DNA of 60,127 bases from Desulfobaccales bacterium (GTDB lineage Bacteria; Desulfobacterota; Desulfobaccia; Desulfobaccales; 0-14-0-80-60-11). Made by a program: the position numbers and the translations under genes. Of this stretch, positions 54,681-60,127 are shown piece by piece. Numbering within the stretch: position 1 is the first letter of the stretch; each line of letters starts with the position of its first letter. The stretch spans positions 1-60,127 of the forward strand of contig JBAVUP010000162.1 in the NCBI GenBank assembly GCA_049696835.1, in the 5' to 3' direction. The notes beneath the pieces were generated by a model. It did no database searches. It saw only the letters and a program-made list of their open reading frames with translations, and had not been told where the DNA came from.

Positions 54681-55088
54681 TTATGGATTTGATTCAGGAT
54701 GGTCCTGGTCGCCGGCGGCAGCCTGGCATGCGCATCCTTCCGAGGCGGACCCCCCTTCCTCCGGGATAAACCATTGCCCGCATTGTTGGCAGTGCTGGCC
54801 GACCCGGTAATCTCCCCCTTGAATGCAAATCGCCTTACCGTGCACCAGGGCTTCGGCCACCGCCCGATGGGCTCGGGACAACATCCGGGTCACCGTGGGG
54901 CGGGAAACTTGCATCCTCTGGGCCACTTCTTCCTGGGTCATCTCCAGGTAATCGGCCAGGCGCATGGCCTCCAGTTCGTCCACCGTAATCACCATCTGTT
55001 GCAATGATCTCAGGGGAATGCCCCGGGGCTTGAAAAAAGTTACTCCCGGCTCAGTTTCCACCCACCTGCACTTTTTGGGTCTGCCCAT
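54681..55088 (-). CDS. DUF134 (UPF0251) family predicted DNA-binding protein
   Basis: MGRPKKCRWV...FKPRGIP and an HTH (EEVAQRMQVSRPTVTRML). Cys-containing C-terminal tail. Confidence 0.85.
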   Translation of the reverse strand: MGRPKKCRWVETEPGVTFFKPRGIPLRSLQQMVITVDELEAMRLADYLEMTQEEVAQRMQVSRPTVTRMLSRAHRAVAEALVHGKAICIQGGDYRVGQHCQQCGQWFIPEEGGSASEGCACQAAAGDQDHPESNP

Positions 55089-55243
55089 GTCTTCACCCTC
55101 TTCGTGATGCTAAATTTTATGGCAATGAGGGAAACTGTCAAGGATAAAGCGAAAATCTTCCCTGCGCCATTCCAGCCATTGACGAACCGGGGAACGCGAC
55201 GTATGTTTAAAAAACGATTTTGTTCTGCTACGGGATATAAAAC

Positions 55244-55272
55244 GTAGGGGCGGGTTTGAAACCCGCCCCTAC
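55244..55272. repeat. Family C hairpin repeat
   Basis: gtaggggcgggtttgaaacccgcccctac. Confidence 0.75.
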
Positions 55273-55291
55273 AGGCGGGATTTGAAATGGC

Positions 55292-56146
55292 ATGGCCGCA
55301 AAGGAGTCAGGGTTGAGCCGGACAGATCAGGACCTGGTGGCGGAATGCGTCCGAGTCATCGGGCCGCGCCTGGCCGCGCCGCCGGAGTGGGGGATTATCC
55401 TGGGAACGGGCCAGAGCCTCTGGACCGACCGGCTGGAAGGCGGGGGCTCCCTCCCCTATGAGGAGTTACCCCATTTTCCCCCGGCCACCAGTCCCAGCCA
55501 TCAAGGCCGCCTCTCCTGGGGCCGAATATCCGGCAAACCGGTCATGCTCTGCCAGGGCCGCTTCCATGCCTACGAAGGCTATTCCCTGCGCCAGGTGACC
55601 TTTCCGGTGCGGGTGATGGCCGGCCTGGGAGTCAAGACCCTCATCGTCACCAATGCCGCCGGCGGCCTCAATCCCCTCTTTCAGGGCGGCGACTTGATGC
55701 TCATCTGCGACCACATCAACCTGATCGGGGACAACCCCCTGGTGGGCGAAAATATCGAGGCCTGGGGTCCCCGTTTTCCTGATATGAGCCAGGTCTATGA
55801 TCGGCGCTTACGGGCTGCCGCGGCGGACGTGGCCCGTCGCCGGGGCCTGGCCTTGCGCCAGGGGGTTTACGTCGCGGTCAGGGGTCCCAGTCTGGAGACG
55901 CCGGCCGAAACCCGGTTCCTGCGTCTGATCGGGGCGGACGCGGTGGGCATGTCCACCGTGCCCGAAGTCATCGCCGCGGTGCATGCCGGCCTGCGGGTCC
56001 TGGGAATCTCGGTGATCAGTAATGTCAATCTGCCGGATGCCATGGCCCCGATCGCCATCGAAGCCATCATCGACACGGTGACCCGGGCGGAACCCCACCT
56101 GGTGGAGTTGTTGCTGGGTGTGATGCAGGAAGTGTCCTTCGATTAA
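55292..56146 (+). CDS. punA: Purine nucleoside phosphorylase (PNP family 2)
   Basis: GRFHAYEGY, TNAAGGLN and VGMSTVPE motifs. The true start may lie slightly downstream. Confidence 0.88.
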   Translation: MAAKESGLSRTDQDLVAECVRVIGPRLAAPPEWGIILGTGQSLWTDRLEGGGSLPYEELPHFPPATSPSHQGRLSWGRISGKPVMLCQGRFHAYEGYSLRQVTFPVRVMAGLGVKTLIVTNAAGGLNPLFQGGDLMLICDHINLIGDNPLVGENIEAWGPRFPDMSQVYDRRLRAAAADVARRRGLALRQGVYVAVRGPSLETPAETRFLRLIGADAVGMSTVPEVIAAVHAGLRVLGISVISNVNLPDAMAPIAIEAIIDTVTRAEPHLVELLLGVMQEVSFD

Positions 56147-56151
56147 AGAGA

Positions 56152-56424
56152 TTAACCCTTCTTTTTTTTCGTCCTTTTGGGCTGCTTGGCAGCCTGGGAA
56201 GTTGGAGCCGCCGCCGGGGACGGGGCGGTTCGTTGGGTGGCGGCCGCGGCCCGCGACGGCGCCTTAGGCGCGGCCTGCACCGGGGCGGACACGTCGGCTG
56301 GCCCGATCACGTAAACCCGCTGTTTGGCGGCCAGCTTGTCCACGTCCTGCCCACAGGTGGGACAGACTTTTACCGAAAGGGGATTTTTCGCTTGACACCC
56401 CGGACATTTCAACCACAACCCCAT
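56152..56424 (-). CDS. Small zinc-ribbon protein with an Ala/Pro/Lys-rich tail
   Basis: CPGC...CPTC motif. GGAGGGAAACG precedes the ATG at 56424. Confidence 0.5.
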   Translation of the reverse strand: MGLWLKCPGCQAKNPLSVKVCPTCGQDVDKLAAKQRVYVIGPADVSAPVQAAPKAPSRAAAATQRTAPSPAAAPTSQAAKQPKRTKKKKG

Positions 56425-56551
56425 CGTTTCCCTCCAAGGTTTTTCCCTACCATTAACAAAACGCTCATCAATCTTCAAGATTTTTATGGCTGTCAGGCTC
56501 CTCAACTTGTGACGGCATCGCTAACCTGATGATGCCATGGAGGCAACGACC

Positions 56552-56944
56552 ATGAAGAAAATCGTCATTCACACCGATCAGGCCCCGGCTCCCGTCGGCC
56601 CCTACACCCAGGCCCTGGCCGCCGGCCCCTTCGTGTTCATCTCCGGCCAGATCCCCATGGACGCCAACGGTCGCCTGGTGGAGGGAGATATCGTGGTGCA
56701 AACCGTCCAGGTCATCGCCAACCTCAAGGCCATTCTGGCCGCGGTGGGGCTGGGCTTGAAAGACGTGGTGAAAACCACGGTCTACCTGGCGGATATGGCC
56801 GATTTCTATGAGATGAACCGGGCCTACGCCGAGTTCTTCCCCCAACACCCGCCGGCCCGCACCACCATCCAGGCCGCGGGCCTGGCCAAGAATGTGTCCG
56901 TGGAAATCGACGCCATCGCCGTCAAAAAGGAGTGGCACGCGTAG
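56552..56944 (+). CDS. ridA: RidA family (YjgF/L-PSP) reactive-intermediate deaminase
   Basis: APAPVGPYTQA, FISGQIP, and PARTTIQAAGL...VEIDAIA. Confidence 0.9.
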   Translation: MKKIVIHTDQAPAPVGPYTQALAAGPFVFISGQIPMDANGRLVEGDIVVQTVQVIANLKAILAAVGLGLKDVVKTTVYLADMADFYEMNRAYAEFFPQHPPARTTIQAAGLAKNVSVEIDAIAVKKEWHA

Positions 56945-57110
56945 GAACTGAGGGAGGGTGCAGGGGCTTTTTCGTAAGTGGCCCCTGCACTTACAAAAAG
57001 CTCCCTCAAGTTCCCACCCCCCACCCCTTACAGGGAGATGCAGGGGAGTTTGAGGGGAGAGCGGGGGAATCCCTTACCAAAAATTCCCCCGGCCCTCCCC
57101 TCAAAATACT
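56945..57110. repeat. Stack of palindromic intergenic repeats (family E and related)
   Basis: gtgcaggggc-tttttcgtaagtg-gcccctgcac shares ggggctttttcgtaagtg with the inverted copy at 53531-53556. A second long hairpin lies at 57044-57108. Confidence 0.7.
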
Positions 57111-57131
57111 TATGATTCCCGAGAGTCAGAG

Positions 57132-57995
57132 ATGTCATGGCGAACCACCACTCCAGGTCCCCCTTATCGGCGCGGGACCCCGCTGCTTCAGATTCAGGAC
57201 GCCACGGTGGTCAAGAGCCGCACCCGGGTCCTGGACCGCATCACCCTGACCATCCGGGAGGGCGAGCACACCGCCATCCTCGGCCCCAACGGCGCCGGCA
57301 AGTCTTCCCTCATCCGGCTCATCGCCCATCAGGACTACCCCCTGGCCCATGCGGACGGCACCCCGCCCCTGTTGATCTTCGGGGAAGAACTCTGGAACGT
57401 CACCGAACTGCGCTCGCTTTTGGGCATCGTCTCGGGGGATTTGCAGCACTCCATCCTGGCCGGCACGCTGCCGGGGCGGACCCGGGGCCTGGATGCGGTC
57501 CTGTCGGGCTTCTTTGCGTCCTACGGCCTCTTCTGGCACCACCGCCTCACCCCGGCCATGGGAGAGCAGGGACGCCGCGCCCTGGCCCTCATGGAAGCCG
57601 CCCACCTGGCCGACACCTATATCGAGGCCATGTCCCCCGGGGAAGTGCGGCGCATCATGATTGCCCGGGCCCTGGTCTCCGACCCCCGGGCCCTGCTCTT
57701 GGATGAGCCCACCACCGGGTTGGACCTGATGGCCCGGCACCGGTTTCTCCGCACCCTCCAAAACCTCGCTCGCCACGGTAAGACCATCATTCTGGTCACC
57801 CATCACATCGAGGAGATCTTTCCGGAGATCAACCGGGTCATCCTCCTCCAACACGGCCGGGTCCTGCTCGACGGCCCCAAAGCCGAGGTCTTGACCTCCC
57901 GCCACCTCTCGGCCATGTACGAGGGCCCGGTGACGGTGCAGGACACCAACGGGTATTACCTGGCCACCAGCGAAGCACCAGATTTGCAAGATTAA
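57132..57995 (+). CDS. ABC transporter ATP-binding protein (stand-alone, ModF/YlmA-like)
   Basis: GPNGAGKSS, SPGEVRR signature variant, LLLDEPTTGLD. Confidence 0.85.
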   Translation: MSWRTTTPGPPYRRGTPLLQIQDATVVKSRTRVLDRITLTIREGEHTAILGPNGAGKSSLIRLIAHQDYPLAHADGTPPLLIFGEELWNVTELRSLLGIVSGDLQHSILAGTLPGRTRGLDAVLSGFFASYGLFWHHRLTPAMGEQGRRALALMEAAHLADTYIEAMSPGEVRRIMIARALVSDPRALLLDEPTTGLDLMARHRFLRTLQNLARHGKTIILVTHHIEEIFPEINRVILLQHGRVLLDGPKAEVLTSRHLSAMYEGPVTVQDTNGYYLATSEAPDLQD

Positions 57996-58139
57996 CCATC
58001 AAATCGAGATGACGTGAAGCCAGTCATGTAAAGTAAACGGCGCAAGGGTCTCAGGTATCGCTAGGGTAACCATGTAATAACATTAACTATATTGGTTTGA
58101 ACCGCACTATATAGCAGTACTCACCACTTCCCGATAGCG

Positions 58140-58375
58140 GCCTGGGAGAGTTGCCAGCGCTTGGAGGTTACCAAGCCAGACTTGAAGATGCGGGTTCTGG
58201 CTTACAAGTTGTGTTAGATAATCAGGCGGCTCTATATATGGGACAAGAAAATTAAGCGGTCCATGGACTGGCTGATCAGGCGCCTGATCAAAGTGGGGGC
58301 CAGAGTTTCATGCCGGATAGGGCTGGCGGGATCGCGGCTTAGCGATGCAAGGGCACGTTTACCACTCGTTGTGAC
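58140..58375 (+). pseudogene. Decayed C-terminal fragment of a DDE transposase (IS1380/IS4-like), tentative
   Basis: Two frames read ...MRVLAYKLC-stop and ...DWLIRRLIKVGARVS... These resemble the conserved AYNL and L(I/L)K(V/I)(G/A)ARV C-terminal motifs. No intact ORF. Confidence 0.35.
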
Positions 58376-58423
58376 GTGAAGAAACGGTGGATTTGAATTT
58401 GCGAGGTTCTTTCCCCAGGCGAG

Positions 58424-58612
58424 CTAGTCGGTACGAAAAACATCATGCCAAGTCGTAAGAATAGCCTGATCAAAACCGCTACCGAGCCGACGTTCGGTTT
58501 CTTCGAGTACATATTTTTGATTCAGGGGTGCATCTGTCGGTCCTTTCGGGTGCTGATCCTGTATGACCTGAAGTATTACCGTTCGTATATCGTGTAAGGT
58601 AGCCACGATCAA
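58424..58612 (-). CDS. Hypothetical small protein
   Basis: 62 aa ORF with protein-like composition in a mid-GC patch. No other support. Confidence 0.3.
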   Translation of the reverse strand: MIVATLHDIRTVILQVIQDQHPKGPTDAPLNQKYVLEETERRLGSGFDQAILTTWHDVFRTD

Positions 58613-58638
58613 TTCCTGTCATCTTGAGCCCCTATAAA

Positions 58639-59928
58639 TCAAACCTTCTTCTCCCACCGCAGCAAATCCGTCACCTGGGCCAGGGTGCTGCCCTCCTTGA
58701 TCTCCTCCCGGATGCGGTTTTCTTTTTCCAGGACGTCCATGGCCCGGTTGGCGTATTCCACCGCCAGTTTCCGGGGTAGCACCGCCACCCCGTCATCGTC
58801 CCCCAGGAGCCAGTCCCCTGGCTCCACCTTGAGATTGCCGATACGGATGGGCACCCCGATCTCCCCGAACCCCTTGGGTTCCCCGGCGTTGGGCATCACC
58901 AGGCGGATAAAGGCCGGAAAGCCCAGCCGGACGATGTCCCCCGAGTCCCGGATGGCCCCCTCGATGACCACCCCAGCCAGGCCCCGCTGGAGGGCCGAAT
59001 GGGTGGCCAACTCCCCCCAGACGGCCGGCCCCACGCCCCCGGCGTCGATGACCAGCACGTCCCCCGGTTGCGCCAGGTCGATGGCCTCCACCGGCTTGGC
59101 CCAATCCCCGGGATAGGTGCGTACCGTCAGGGCCCGCCCCACCATACGCATCCCTGGGGCCAGGGGGCGCAAGCCCTCCAGCACCCCGCCCCGATGCAGG
59201 GCGTCGGAGAGATTGGAAGTGGACACCATAGAGAGCACCCGGCTGATCTCCTCTTCCCCGCCCCGCTTGAAGAGCGTCGTGGGAATCACCGCCCCTTCAT
59301 CCAGGGCCCGGCGAATCTCCCGGGTGGCGACCTCCGGATCCTGCGCCTTGGTGATGGCGCCGCCCACGATGACGTAGGCGGCCCCGTGAGCCACCGCGGC
59401 GGCCGCGGTCTCGGAGTTGATGCCCCCGGCCACCCCCACGGGCACCTGCACCGCCTGGCTCACCTCATAGAGGATGGCGAAGGGGTCCCGCCCCCGCATC
59501 TGCTCGTCGATGGCCACGTGCACCGAGATGTAATCAGCCCCCAGGGCCTCCACCTGCCGGGCCCGGGCCACCGGATCGGCCACCGCGATGAGGTCCACCG
59601 CGATCTTGGCCCCGTAATTCTTGCCGGCCTGGATGCACTCCTCGATGGTGGCGTCGGTGGCCGTCCCCAGGACGTCAATGATCTGGGCTCCGGCCTTCGC
59701 CGCGGACTCCACCTCGATGCGCCCCGCATCCATGATCTTCATGTCGGCGACGATGGTCTTGCCGGGAAACAGCCGCTTCAACTCCCGCACCGCGTCCAAC
59801 CCCTCACTCTTGATCAGGGGCGTGCCGATCTCCACCCAATCCACCCCGGCGGGCACGGCCCGCTCGGCCACCCCCACGGCGCGGTGCAAATCCACAAAAT
59901 CCAAGGCTAACTGCAAGATCGCAGACAT
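58639..59928 (-). CDS. Fusion of 3-hexulose-6-phosphate synthase (OMPdecase-fold) and an RraA-like domain
   Basis: The N-terminal half has LQLALDF...WVEIGTPLIK...ADMKIMD (an HPS signature). The C-terminal half has an RraA/DlpA-like domain (LSDALHRGG..., GDVLVIDAGG..., WGELAT). Confidence 0.85.
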   Translation of the reverse strand: MSAILQLALDFVDLHRAVGVAERAVPAGVDWVEIGTPLIKSEGLDAVRELKRLFPGKTIVADMKIMDAGRIEVESAAKAGAQIIDVLGTATDATIEECIQAGKNYGAKIAVDLIAVADPVARARQVEALGADYISVHVAIDEQMRGRDPFAILYEVSQAVQVPVGVAGGINSETAAAAVAHGAAYVIVGGAITKAQDPEVATREIRRALDEGAVIPTTLFKRGGEEEISRVLSMVSTSNLSDALHRGGVLEGLRPLAPGMRMVGRALTVRTYPGDWAKPVEAIDLAQPGDVLVIDAGGVGPAVWGELATHSALQRGLAGVVIEGAIRDSGDIVRLGFPAFIRLVMPNAGEPKGFGEIGVPIRIGNLKVEPGDWLLGDDDGVAVLPRKLAVEYANRAMDVLEKENRIREEIKEGSTLAQVTDLLRWEKKV

Positions 59929-60127
59929 AGTGATTTTTTCCTCGAAATGGTTTGGGGGAGGAGGCTAAGGGCTTTTCCATACAGGCCCTTCCCCCAAGCC
60001 CCACCACCCCCGGAGAAGGGTGAATTCCATGGCTTGCATTATAGCAAAATTCTTGCTACTTTCCATAACTCTGGTAAGACCGTGTTGGGTCGTTTAGCCG
60101 GGAAGGGTGGCATGACGCCGCCGGGAT

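Noticed and set aside
1-60127. tRNA, rRNA, tmRNA, RNase P or other classical RNA genes
   Set aside because: A scan of all intergenic gaps by eye found no T-loop (GGTTCGAATCC-like) contexts with acceptor stems. No rRNA-like conserved stretches were seen either. None is reported. Without a covariance-model search, small RNAs cannot be excluded.

Overview
This is about 60 kb of high-GC chromosome (roughly 60-65% GC by eye). It comes from a diderm bacterium, shown by kdsA, kdsC and lptCAB. The organism is probably an anaerobic Desulfobacterota/deltaproteobacterium-like lineage; I infer this from gene content (DUF134, Mrp-NifX fusion, UPF0280, HPS-RraA fusion, CstA) and from the G-run palindromic intergenic repeats. 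Most of the window is ordinary housekeeping:
- a DUF89 protein and an HMA chaperone
- a TauE exporter
- DppD/DppF-type ATPases
- two tandem PAS histidine kinases
- two ArsA/GET3-type ATPases
- cstA, fabF, slyD, fadD, rsmA, pyrG, kdsA, kdsC
- the lptC-lptA-lptB-rpoN-hpf-ptsN-rapZ-EIIA-rimI block
- an mrp-like gene, a site-2 protease and a phosphomannomutase-family gene
- ahcY-metK, panC-panD, purM, punA, ridA
- an HPS-RraA fusion

Four accessory or unusual patches stand out.
1. A 2.9 kb low-GC IS1595-family element (5004-7886) has terminal inverted repeats and a flanking direct repeat. It sits inside a REP-like repeat whose intact copy lies at 10284-10318. It carries two paralogous membrane-anchored passenger genes. 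All its genes lack TTA/CTA/TCA codons, which leaves giant mirror ORFs on the other strand.
2. An orphan island of Tad-type pseudopilin genes (25.7-30.6 kb) contains a decayed tandem segmental duplication and an in-frame TGA in a tadE-like leader.
3. A low-GC PstI/BsuBI-family restriction-modification island lies at 43.1-45.8 kb.
4. A decayed transposase remnant lies at 58.0-58.4 kb.

Several families of palindromic or tandem intergenic repeats fill many intergenic gaps. The panCD operon has a promoter plus a terminator-containing leader that abuts its start codon. I saw no rRNA, tRNA or CRISPR array. All calls come from reading the sequence and the ORF track by eye; no searches were run.
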